Positions 27,590-35,801 of a stretch of 64,000 nt of DNA are shown here, piece by piece. The translations under genes and the position numbers were made by a program. Within the stretch, counting starts at the first letter, position 1. Every line of letters starts with the position of its first letter. Source of the DNA: a virus (Duplodnaviria; Heunggongvirae; Uroviricota; Caudoviricetes); the IMG/VR virus record IMGVR_UViG_2645727901_000008. One strand, written 5' to 3'. The notes under the pieces are model-generated. The model searched no databases, was not told where the DNA came from, and was given only the letters and a program-made list of their open reading frames with translations.

Positions 27590-27978
27590 AAAGCAACACC
27601 ACGCTTTTTAACGGCGGCATTCCACAGCTTATTCGCCATGTCCACCAGCTCTCGTTGCTCTTTTCGCGCCTGTTCGACTGATTTCCTGCTACAGTTTTTA
27701 ACCAGTAAGCTACCGTATTCAGGCGTGCGCCCGCGCACCTTGAACTGATATCCGTTCAGACCATGTAGCCAATATTTTCGTGGATACACACGATCATCCA
27801 GCTCACAGATTGCCCTGCTTGAACGAACAAAATGACGAATGATGTTAGTTACACTTACTCGTGAAACATGGAGATGAGGGTATTTTTCTTTGGCGAGAGT
27901 GGTAATTTCAGTGACTGTCAGATAGCAGTCAGCCCTGATCATGATATCCGCAATTTCTGCGCTGCTGATTTGTTCCAT
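27586..27978 (-). CDS. small regulatory-type protein upstream of the pac genes (Lpa-like position)
   Basis: 130 aa; first gene of the pac operon; weak operator-like motif at about 28056-28075. Confidence 0.5.
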   Translation of the reverse strand: MEQISSAEIADIMIRADCYLTVTEITTLAKEKYPHLHVSRVSVTNIIRHFVRSSRAICELDDRVYPRKYWLHGLNGYQFKVRGRTPEYGSLLVKNCSRKSVEQARKEQRELVDMANKLWNAAVKKRGVAL

Positions 27979-28055
27979 TAATCCCCCGGGCAGGAAATGA
28001 CCGAGGGGATGATAATGAGAATGTTAAAACTGTATAGACTGGTAAAAAGATGATT

Positions 28056-28075
28056 ATATTAGAAAATTAATATTA
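28056..28075 (+). promoter_or_regulatory. weak operator-like motif copy (ATTAGAAAATTAATATTAAA)
   Basis: Partial match to the dispersed motif, upstream of the pac operon. Confidence 0.25.
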
Positions 28076-28086
28076 AATACCTAACG

Positions 28087-28479
28087 CTACCAGCGAGACA
28101 AACGAACAACATGTTTCACTTTTGCGATCCACTTTCCGCGATAACTATTGATTACGGCCTGTGCCAGCTTCAAATTGGCTTCAAAATCAGCCTTACTACC
28201 ATCAGACTCCACCAGCATTCCTCCATCTATTTCTGGTAAACATAGATAATCCTGCTCAACCTGCAGCGGCATTGATGGCTCTCTGAATGGCGTTACTTGC
28301 TCTGCTTTCCAGCGAAATCTAACCCTCATCCCCCTGGTGGTCATTACTAGATAGCCTGTTATAGTGCTTTTATGGCCCACATCAGTACGCGTGGCATTGC
28401 ATGACACGATCTTACAGTTAGCGATAGACCACTCCATATTGGTGGCCTGTTGAGTGCTTAATTTGGTAGTCCCGTACAT
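28087..28479 (-). CDS. hypothetical protein
   Basis: 130 aa; coupled to the upstream gene. Confidence 0.5.
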   Translation of the reverse strand: MYGTTKLSTQQATNMEWSIANCKIVSCNATRTDVGHKSTITGYLVMTTRGMRVRFRWKAEQVTPFREPSMPLQVEQDYLCLPEIDGGMLVESDGSKADFEANLKLAQAVINSYRGKWIAKVKHVVRLSRW

Positions 28480-29054
28480 CAGAAAGCCTCCCAGTCAGTC
28501 GCGATAATATCCACACCAGTTGCAAACCAGTCTGTCTGCGCCTGTAAATCACCATTCATCATTACCAGGCGAGGCATCACCATCACATCGCACCCTTCCA
28601 CAATATCGAATGCCTCTTCCGGCAAGAATTCGAAGAGCTTTTCTTTGCTGCCAATGCTGCCACGGAACATCGATATATAGCTCCCTTTAGGCCATGATGT
28701 CCGCCGGGCATCAAGCCCTTTCATCATCCAGTAAAAAGCCGAGGAAAAAGGGATATTCTTTTTGCCAATGATTACATTATTCGCTTCTGTGTACTTCAGG
28801 AACTTAACTAACCTTACCATTGACTCGGATAACGCAACGTATGGCTCATGATTGATTGCTGACACGCTTACACCGTGCAATCCAACGCTTACCACTGTCA
28901 TATCGCCGCTTTGTGCGGTTTCGATATTGACGCCTTTGCGAACTAATGAGGCGTAAAGTTCCTCTCGCTTTTGGGTCCAGCGTTCACGCTTCCCTATGAA
29001 GTCACTCAAAATGAGATCTTCTTCTGCATATGCGTTATCGTTCGCCATTAACAT
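28479..29054 (-). CDS. phage protein with C-terminal DUF2829-like module
   Basis: C-terminus FYWMMKGLDARRTSWPKG...TDWFATGVDIIATDWEAF. Confidence 0.55.
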   Translation of the reverse strand: MLMANDNAYAEEDLILSDFIGKRERWTQKREELYASLVRKGVNIETAQSGDMTVVSVGLHGVSVSAINHEPYVALSESMVRLVKFLKYTEANNVIIGKKNIPFSSAFYWMMKGLDARRTSWPKGSYISMFRGSIGSKEKLFEFLPEEAFDIVEGCDVMVMPRLVMMNGDLQAQTDWFATGVDIIATDWEAF

Positions 29055-29508
29055 AACGTCTCCTTTTTTACACGCGCGACTATCCCCCGGAAGTACCGGT
29101 AGTGATGTCGTAACTTCGTATTAATTAAGGGGTACAGCCTGAGCGGCTATATGATGAATTGAAAGGAGTTGTGGCGGTGGTGCCTCCACCTGCCAGGTTA
29201 GCCACTCCCGGCGACGTCACTTATCAGAACGTAGTGAATGAAAATGGCTTCGTCACGAGCGCATAGCCGCAATTACCACAACGGAAACGGCGCTCACGCT
29301 AATTAAACGCCTTTTCCTGTTGTGCGCCGTACTCTTCCGGCTGTCACACCGAATCGCCAGGATGGTGAGTCCTCGGTCCGACGATATGAACGGGGCTTGC
29401 ACATTCCGGCTACCTGGTTTGTTGCCTGAGCTAGGGGAAAAGGTAACCCCTTTAACGTCACCAGACCGCTAACGACGCATGTGCCATACGCCGTGTTACA
29501 ACCAAATA

Positions 29509-29584
29509 TGGTGGCCCCTACCGGACTTGAACCGGTGACCGTGCGATTATGAGTCGCCAGCTCTAACCACTGAGCTAAAGGGCC
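29509..29584 (-). tRNA. tRNA with CAU anticodon (Ile2/lysidine-type, or Met)
   Basis: 76 nt with encoded CCA; sequence is very close to E. coli tRNA-Ile2 (ileX) as recalled. Confidence 0.85.
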
Positions 29585-29594
29585 AATTAGTGTT

Positions 29595-29708
29595 TTATTT
29601 TCGACGCCTGAGATTCTTCGCGACTTGTTCTACGCCGTATACGATCACAAGTAGAAACAGCAAAAACCATCCAGGGTTCTTATCGATATACGTCCAAAAA
29701 TCCATCAT
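29595..29708 (-). CDS. micro membrane protein (37 aa)
   Basis: MMDFWTYIDKNPGWFLLFLLVIVYGVEQVAKNLRRRK; start overlaps upstream stop (ATGA); below track cutoff. Confidence 0.3.
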   Translation of the reverse strand: MMDFWTYIDKNPGWFLLFLLVIVYGVEQVAKNLRRRK

Positions 29709-29869
29709 GAGTTCCTGAACGCACCTTCAATAATCGGCAATAGCAATACCACAGCTACTGAAACTAATGCCCCATCAGCCAACACCGACATCACTTTGCT
29801 GGTGAAATCCACCAGTACGGACAAAACGAGAAAGCCAATGGCGCCCGCAATACGCGCCTTGCCAATCAT
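29705..29869 (-). CDS. small membrane protein (54 aa)
   Basis: MIGKARIAGAIGFLVLSVLVDF...; start overlaps the TerB-like stop (TAATG). Confidence 0.35.
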   Translation of the reverse strand: MIGKARIAGAIGFLVLSVLVDFTSKVMSVLADGALVSVAVVLLLPIIEGAFRNS

Positions 29870-30324
29870 TACAGATAATCTTCCACACGAAGGCCAAGAC
29901 GGCGACCAACCTCTTCCAGAACCTTATGCTCCGCAGGTTCGATTTCACCATCTGCTTCAGCGATCGTGAGCATGTTCACGAAGACTTCTTCCGCTTCTTT
30001 GGGATCGTTTTTGATATCTTCAATTTCGCGGAGGATATTCATGCGACCAACACGGAAACCAGCTTCCAGTTGCTCAGTAAAACGGGTGATTGTTGCGGTA
30101 ATTTCGTTGCCAAAATGACTTAAGCGAGGATTAGAGCGGACAAGCTGATCAAGTTTCGCTGTTTCTTCCTTTTCGATTTCACCATCTGCGGCAGACACCA
30201 GCAAACAGCCACCGATGATGGCCTCCATCAGATCGCGATTCTCAACCCTTTTCAGCTCTACTTTTGCTGAAGCGACTTTCTTACCGAAAAATTTACCGAA
30301 CATTGGTTTTCCCTCAATAAACAT
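29869..30324 (-). CDS. TerB-like protein (tellurite-resistance TerB fold)
   Basis: Two AADGEIE/AEADGEIE repeats typical of TerB-like domains. Confidence 0.65.
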   Translation of the reverse strand: MFIEGKPMFGKFFGKKVASAKVELKRVENRDLMEAIIGGCLLVSAADGEIEKEETAKLDQLVRSNPRLSHFGNEITATITRFTEQLEAGFRVGRMNILREIEDIKNDPKEAEEVFVNMLTIAEADGEIEPAEHKVLEEVGRRLGLRVEDYL

Positions 30325-30570
30325 GACGTATTTATTAGGTTGCGGTGCCTGGTGCCTCCAGGTGACGTTAACCAGTTAACAATTAACGCCGGGATTTTTG
30401 TCTTCACAATTAAGGAGGATTGTTTTAACTGTTCCGCGTGCGCTTAGCCGCATTCACCGCAATGGTAAGAGCACTTGGCTGGCTGGGCGGCGATGACGCC
30501 TGTACGCATTTGGTGAACCGGTTCTGCTTCCGGCATTCGCTTAATTAGCCAAATACTCTTAACGTTGCAC

Positions 30571-30657
30571 TGGCGGAGAGTAATGGAATCGAACCATCAT
30601 CGCTTGCGCAATGGGACGGTTTTCAAGACCGCTTGAGCACCATGCTCCCTACTCTCC
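30571..30657 (-). tRNA. class II tRNA, anticodon UGA (Ser-like), atypical short D-arm
   Basis: Perfect 7-bp acceptor stem plus CCA; anticodon loop CUUGAAA; long variable arm; T-loop TTCGATT. Confidence 0.55.
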
Positions 30658-30794
30658 CGTTATTGTGGCGACCGGTGCTGATCTCCGGCTTGCGGTTATT
30701 TCAGACTCTCACGGGCGTTTAATTGCCCCGCCGAACAGCTCTTTTCCGCAATAGCTGCAATGTCTTTCGCGCATCAGCCTGCGCATTCACCACA

Positions 30795-30878
30795 ATGTTG
30801 AGAACACTGGTTGTCACGCTGCAACGCAACATTTATTCGTAGATTGGGATATGACCCCGTTACGCCAGTGTTCTCAAC
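30795..30878. repeat. 13-bp perfect inverted repeat pair (TTGAGAACACTGG / CCAGTGTTCTCAA) with about 58-nt spacer
   Basis: Lies between tRNA genes in noncoding sequence. Confidence 0.4.
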
Positions 30879-31028
30879 GTTGTAGTGCCGGTTACGGTTC
30901 CGGCCAGGCCTCTTCCTCAACGGGTTGTTCTCCATACGGACTACCGTTTATTGGTCGTTCCTGCGGTTTATGTTGTGAAGCCAGATGCTTATCTTCTGGT
31001 TGCTTCAAAGAGCTGCACTTCATCACAA

Positions 31029-31100
31029 CGGTAAGGGTACTTCGTAGGGATTCGAACCCTCTGCCAAGCACGGCGATCTCCGACGTCGCAAAATACCCTT
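31029..31100 (-). other. tRNA-like structured element or tRNA remnant
   Basis: Contains a GGTTCGAATCC T-arm-like segment enclosed by a perfect 10-bp inverted repeat (GGTAAGGGTA / TACCCTTACC); no canonical D-arm. Confidence 0.25.
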
Positions 31101-31111
31101 ACCTGTTGCGT

Positions 31112-31187
31112 TGGTGCCGATTAACGGGATCGAACCGCTGACCATTCGCTTACAAAGCGACTGCTCTACCAACTGAGCTAAACCGGC
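31112..31187 (-). tRNA. tRNA-Thr (anticodon UGU)
   Basis: 76 nt; canonical cloverleaf; anticodon loop TTTGTAA; T-loop GGTTCGATCC; CCA encoded. Confidence 0.85.
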
Positions 31188-31191
31188 AATT

Positions 31192-31278
31192 TGGTGGGGA
31201 GTGATGGAGTCGAACCACCCGAGTCGCAATGACAGTAGATTTACAGTCTACCCCGCTACCCCTACGGACTAACTCCCC
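31192..31278 (-). tRNA. tRNA-Tyr (anticodon GUA), class II
   Basis: 87 nt; acceptor GGGGAGT/ACTCCCC; anticodon loop CTGTAAA; long variable arm. Confidence 0.8.
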
Positions 31279-31283
31279 TAAAG

Positions 31284-31360
31284 TGGCGATGGTGGGTGGA
31301 TTCGAACCACCGACCGACAGCTTAGAAGGCTGCTGCTCTATCCTACTGAGCTACACCATC
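31284..31360 (-). tRNA. tRNA-Arg (anticodon UCU)
   Basis: 77 nt; anticodon loop CTTCTAA; T-loop GGTTCGAATCC; CCA encoded. Confidence 0.8.
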
Positions 31361-32429
31361 ACTTGCCGGGTACGTCTCCGGCGAGGGCTTCCACCTCCGT
31401 ATGCTTTTCGGCGCACCGCGCCCTGGCTGCAATTCAGTAACAGGGGATGCATAACCCTGGCTTCCAGCGTGATTAGCGCCTTCAGCATGACGGGATATAC
31501 CCGTAACCAACAAACTTTCCCATATACCATCAAACAATGGCTGTTACGCGGGAGGGACGTAACAGGTAAGGGCGCTGACCAGAAAGACCTGACCCTTCTC
31601 ATTCATCTGGTTAATCACACCAGCGCCCTTGCCTGTTATGTCTCCCCGTTCCCTAATACACAGACGGGGACACTCTGCGGTCGATTTTTTGACGGGGGAC
31701 GACTCATACCCCGTGGCGTCTGGCTTCTTAGGCCGCTACCATCATCAGATCATCGTTTGCATTTACTTTAATGGTCGGTTTCTAAACCGCCGCAAAGCCG
31801 CTAACCATGACGAAAACCCTAAAAAAGCCCACCCGAAGATGGGCAAATACGCTACATCTCACACAAGAAAGAAGCCGACTGCCTGAGCTGGATTCACTTT
31901 CAAATGCCCGCAGAAAGGGAACACAAGTCGGCTTCTTTCTTGATGCGGCACTCTCTCCGCCCGTCACCGTTCTGTCTCGGTTGTCGCGTTTGCCACGCCA
32001 GCCGTAACGAGGTTTAAAGTCTTTGCACGTTTCCATCACTCGACTGCCGTCTGTGGCTGTTCGTTGCAGCGGGGGTGCCTCCCCCTGGGGATATCCCCGG
32101 CCTTACCCCATTCTTTCAAGACACAATGCAAGGCCGCATCCGCATAGGTGCATTACCGCAACATTAAGGAGACTTAGGGCAAAAGGTAATCGCCACAAAA
32201 AAAATCCCTATGCCTCCTTAATGTTGAGGATGTGCATTGATGATGATTCGATGCGGCGAGTCCCGTTACTCTCTGCCGGACCATCATCAATGAACATCTT
32301 AAAAAGACCTTCCGTGGCTCAACATGTCTTGTCGTTTACTCCGTAAAGTGCTCTCTCTGAAACCACTTTACGCACTAAACCTGCTGAACTTTGGCTTGCT
32401 CGGTGCCAAAGCGAGTCCCTGTATGTATG

Positions 32430-32450
32430 TAATTTTCTAACACTTTAATT
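32430..32450 (-). promoter_or_regulatory. operator-like motif copy
   Basis: taattTTCTAACActttaat on the plus strand. Confidence 0.35.
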
Positions 32451-32585
32451 TGTTATTTGCTGGTGGGCGAACAACAACCAATAAGTGACTATCAAGCCCA
32501 GCAAGCGAAATGTGGCAACGCTCCACCAGCAAGGAAAATTCTAAGTTAAGTTACTCTCACAATCAATACGTTCGTTTAGTGAAAT

Positions 32586-32605
32586 TAGATTTCTAACATT
32601 TTATT
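32586..32605 (-). promoter_or_regulatory. operator-like motif copy abutting the stop of 32601..33809
   Basis: agatTTCTAACAttttattt on the plus strand. Confidence 0.35.
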
Positions 32606-33809
32606 TCCCATAAAGATCTTCTACGCCCCCATTCTTCTTGTCCCATTCGTTAGCCCACACCCGGCAGGCATCAATAATTTCTTGACGACGGTCGCCCTGC
32701 ATAAAGGGGATGCTTTCATGAAAACTACTTGGGATACAGGCCACGCTGAATACGGTATCAAACGCAGTCTGTTTGATAGCTTCCAACGTCTCTGGGCGCA
32801 TTTTCAATTCATCGATCGGCGCATCCTTAGAGTCCATAATCCGGCGATGCAGGCGCGGGAAATCAGTCTCCAGGTACGCCATAATTTTATCTGCCAGGCA
32901 TTCGTCTATATCGGTATTCCAGTCCGTTTCGAAGCCGGGCAGGCGATAGTAAAGCGGCGTTCCCCATACTGATGGGATCACATCCATCGTCAGCAGGCGG
33001 TTGGTTCTAATTTGTTGATGGTAATTAGCCGTCAACAGAGCTTCACCACGCTGACCAGTCTCCGCAACCAGACCATGCGGGTACTCATGGATATAGGCAA
33101 TAGCATCCACCCCGTCATACATGAGCGGGAATGTCTCTGGCCTTTGTCCCATACCACAAGCGCGGTTCAGATCATGACCAAGCTGTGAGCACTCTCGTTT
33201 CAGCGTTTCAATAATGTTCTGCGCTGTTGCTAACTTTTTACGCAGTGTGACGCCTTCGCCTTGATACTTAATGCATTGCTGATTCAGCTCTGTTAAACGC
33301 TCTTTTAGTTCCCGACGCTCTCTTTTCAGCGCACGGTTATCCTTCTCCGCAACATCCAGTCGTTTTGACAGACTGGCTGGATAGTCTTTTTTGTAACGAC
33401 TCAAATCGGCTTCTGCGGATTTGCGCAGTGTGTTTGCCTGTTCAAGACGCGCTTCCAGATTACCGATCTCACTACGCATATTCGCGGCAAATTGATTAAC
33501 AGCATTGCCAAGACTTTCAACTGTCGCTGATACGCCTGTGACTTGTGAAAAACGGATCAAGCCATCATTAACGGCTTGTTGATATCCCTCAAACTGATCC
33601 ACCAGCTTGTTGTAATCAACCGTCCCTTCCTCAAGTAGCTGGTTGATCTCCGCGACCAGGTTATCAGTAGTGGCAATGACGCTCTCATGTAACCGTCTGG
33701 ACAGGTCATCCCCCGGATTCCGCTTTTGAATAAGGGCGATCTGTGTCCGCAGCGTTTCAATCGCGGCTGAGATGATTTCCAGATTAGAAGTATCAGTTTG
33801 TTGACTCAT
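32601..33809 (-). CDS. hypothetical phage protein with coiled-coil N-terminal half
   Basis: Track ORF 32601..33893; start moved to MSQQTD (GGGAA RBS) because the first 28 codons overlap the operator/promoter region. Confidence 0.6.
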   Translation of the reverse strand: MSQQTDTSNLEIISAAIETLRTQIALIQKRNPGDDLSRRLHESVIATTDNLVAEINQLLEEGTVDYNKLVDQFEGYQQAVNDGLIRFSQVTGVSATVESLGNAVNQFAANMRSEIGNLEARLEQANTLRKSAEADLSRYKKDYPASLSKRLDVAEKDNRALKRERRELKERLTELNQQCIKYQGEGVTLRKKLATAQNIIETLKRECSQLGHDLNRACGMGQRPETFPLMYDGVDAIAYIHEYPHGLVAETGQRGEALLTANYHQQIRTNRLLTMDVIPSVWGTPLYYRLPGFETDWNTDIDECLADKIMAYLETDFPRLHRRIMDSKDAPIDELKMRPETLEAIKQTAFDTVFSVACIPSSFHESIPFMQGDRRQEIIDACRVWANEWDKKNGGVEDLYGK

Positions 33810-33835
33810 TGCAGTTCCCATTGTTTTTTGCAAGA

Positions 33836-33855
33836 TTAGTTTTCTAACATATTTT
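33836..33855 (-). promoter_or_regulatory. operator-like motif copy (AAATATGTTAGAAAACTAAT on minus strand)
   Basis: About 30-45 nt upstream of the 33809 start; identical core to the copy at 11293-11312. Confidence 0.4.
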
Positions 33856-33892
33856 ATTAGTATGAGAACAAGAGCGAAAGATGTGATAAACA

Positions 33893-33920
33893 AAAAACCC
33901 GCTAATCGGCGGGTTTTTGA
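33893..33920. terminator. bidirectional rho-independent terminator
   Basis: AAAAAACCCGC-TAAT-CGGCGGGTTTTT. Confidence 0.5.
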
Positions 33921-33924
33921 GCGG

Positions 33925-34239
33925 TTATTGTGTCATTGCCTGGTAGATAAAATACACGATGCATACCGGTACGATAGCCCATTGCAGCAATGAAAGCAGC
34001 CTCATGGCTGTCATGGGAGTAACTCCATCTACGTATTCCTTCTCTGACATTTTCCCTAACCAACTAACCGACAAAAGGGTCGAGTTCTCCCCCATTTCCA
34101 GCTCCCTGAGGGCTTCCCGGATTAAAGGCGCTGTTACCACCTTGCGGGCAGTGTTGAGCGTAATGCTCCGCGTCCTCCCGGCGTCATCGGCAAACGCCAG
34201 GTTCACATGATATTTTTTGCTCAATGTACAAACTCCCAA
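33925..34239 (-). CDS. small membrane protein
   Basis: 104 aa; C-terminal TM helix LSLLQWAIVPVCIVYFIY. Confidence 0.5.
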   Translation of the reverse strand: MGVCTLSKKYHVNLAFADDAGRTRSITLNTARKVVTAPLIREALRELEMGENSTLLSVSWLGKMSEKEYVDGVTPMTAMRLLSLLQWAIVPVCIVYFIYQAMTQ

Positions 34240-34421
34240 TCATTGGCTTTCGCGCTTTCCGGGGTAATGCATACCTTGTCGCCGGTAACTATGTTTCGGG
34301 CTTCTAATGCCCCATCATCCATCTTTTTAAGCTCTATACAGAAAGAATGAGGCCATGAGCAGCGACGAGCAACAACGTTAGCACCAGCAGGGATAAGTTC
34401 AGCCACGTTAAGTAAACGCAA
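34221..34421 (-). CDS. DUF2829-like small protein
   Basis: 66 aa; VARRCSWPHS...ANDWEFV matches the other DUF2829-like copies. Confidence 0.5.
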   Translation of the reverse strand: MRLLNVAELIPAGANVVARRCSWPHSFCIELKKMDDGALEARNIVTGDKVCITPESAKANDWEFVH

Positions 34422-34435
34422 AACGATTTCTCCGT

Positions 34436-34879
34436 TTAATCAAGACAAACATATTCCGTGATAGCTTTTATGGCTTCATCGGCACTGCGCGCCTCAAAGC
34501 AGTAATAGCCTGCTTCCGTGAGGCGAGTCATCCAGACGAGCTGTTCGGGAGTCAGACGGTTTCTCCCGTGCTTCATCTCAATGCGCATTCCGTGATACCC
34601 ACCACGAGCAAGGTCAATAGAAAGGTCCGGATAGCCCTTCTTCTGACCTTCTGCCACCATCTTAATGGCTGTCCTTTTGCCTCTCAGGCCGCCGTTCGGT
34701 GTTGAGTGTGTGTGCTCATACACGTATCGCATGTTGCGATACAGCCAATCCAGAACGCGAACCTGTTCGTAATGTTCGTAATTCCGTTTTAATAAGTCAG
34801 GATTTCTTTCTAACTCTCTCAGTGCAGCAGCGTGCGGGGATATTTCAGAATACGCACTATGATGCCTGCGTCTTCGCAT
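34436..34879 (-). CDS. VRR-NUC domain nuclease-like protein (PD-(D/E)xK fold)
   Basis: KKGYPDLSIDLARGGYHGMRIEMKHG carries the PD...E.K motif; operator-like motif directly upstream. Confidence 0.6.
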   Translation of the reverse strand: MRRRRHHSAYSEISPHAAALRELERNPDLLKRNYEHYEQVRVLDWLYRNMRYVYEHTHSTPNGGLRGKRTAIKMVAEGQKKGYPDLSIDLARGGYHGMRIEMKHGRNRLTPEQLVWMTRLTEAGYYCFEARSADEAIKAITEYVCLD

Positions 34880-34880
34880 C

Positions 34881-34900
34881 AAATTTCTAACACAAACTTA
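34881..34900 (-). promoter_or_regulatory. operator-like motif copy (TGTGTTAGAAATTT on minus strand)
   Basis: aaaTTTCTAACACAaactta on the plus strand; immediately 5' of the VRR-NUC start. Confidence 0.35.
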
Positions 34901-35067
34901 CTGAATTCATGAACACGATAATAACAAGAGCGTTAGTTTTATCAAACCGAGGGGAATACTACTGAAGAGATAGGCGGATGCAACAGGTCGGACTTGTTTT
35001 TAGAGTAAATGGTGATGCGGGTCAACAAGCCGGGTAAATTGTATGTCATTTACCCAACTTGTTATTT

Positions 35068-35328
35068 TTAATGGTTTATTTTATCAGGTTCGTTAATTTC
35101 CGTAACCGCCTTGTCGATAGCAATCATCCATCCTTCATAGGATAAATCATCAACAAGTCCCACCAGCTTATCGTCAGTGTGCGGAAAATAAATCCATCCC
35201 CATTTCGAAGGGTTTCCTATATGCCGCAGGGTAAATACCCGCTTATAACGGTGGTATTCAAGGGCGTATCCCTTCCCTTGTGAGTACGCTTTTAAGTCGT
35301 CGATCGTAAACCTACGATTCTTCCGCAT
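35068..35328 (-). CDS. hypothetical protein
   Basis: 86 aa; coupled to the upstream gene. Confidence 0.5.
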   Translation of the reverse strand: MRKNRRFTIDDLKAYSQGKGYALEYHRYKRVFTLRHIGNPSKWGWIYFPHTDDKLVGLVDDLSYEGWMIAIDKAVTEINEPDKINH

Positions 35329-35330
35329 GG

Positions 35331-35765
35331 CTACCCCACGATTCGATATTTCTCTATAGACTCGTCGTAACTTGTGTATACGTATGGCTCTGTATCATCA
35401 GCATAAGGCGCGACTTCCAGAGCATGAACGGGATTGTATACCGCGTCATTTTCCAGGCGATCGCTCGAATACAGATGCCCGGCTAAAACCGTAAGCGCCG
35501 GGCGACTCATTTTGTAGATTTCTGCCACATCACTATCTACAACTTGTCCAAATGATATGTCGCCACGCTCCAGCAATAACGTTTTAAGCGCAGGCCACCA
35601 CGGCCCATAAAGATGATAAAGCTGTGGATCTCTTTTCAGCCTTTCCGCCATGCCATCCAGATATGCATCCAGAAACGCCTCTTCACTCCTGCCATTGAGC
35701 GCCTGCGGCAAAATGTCCTCAAGGTAGGATTCCGTCGGTTTTACAGTGTCAATTAATGTCGTCAT
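35331..35765 (-). CDS. hypothetical protein
   Basis: 144 aa; follows the giant gene after a GC-rich hairpin (about 35773-35790). Confidence 0.5.
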   Translation of the reverse strand: MTTLIDTVKPTESYLEDILPQALNGRSEEAFLDAYLDGMAERLKRDPQLYHLYGPWWPALKTLLLERGDISFGQVVDSDVAEIYKMSRPALTVLAGHLYSSDRLENDAVYNPVHALEVAPYADDTEPYVYTSYDESIEKYRIVG

Positions 35766-35801
35766 TCAAATTCGGCCCCGGTTGGGGCCGCTCCTTATCT
35801 G

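Noticed and set aside
31229-32346. Mutually overlapping track ORFs on both strands (31229..31771, 31629..31886, 31782..32039, 32023..32346 and others)
   Set aside because: They overlap tRNA genes and each other, have no RBSs and odd composition; the region is treated as noncoding and structured.
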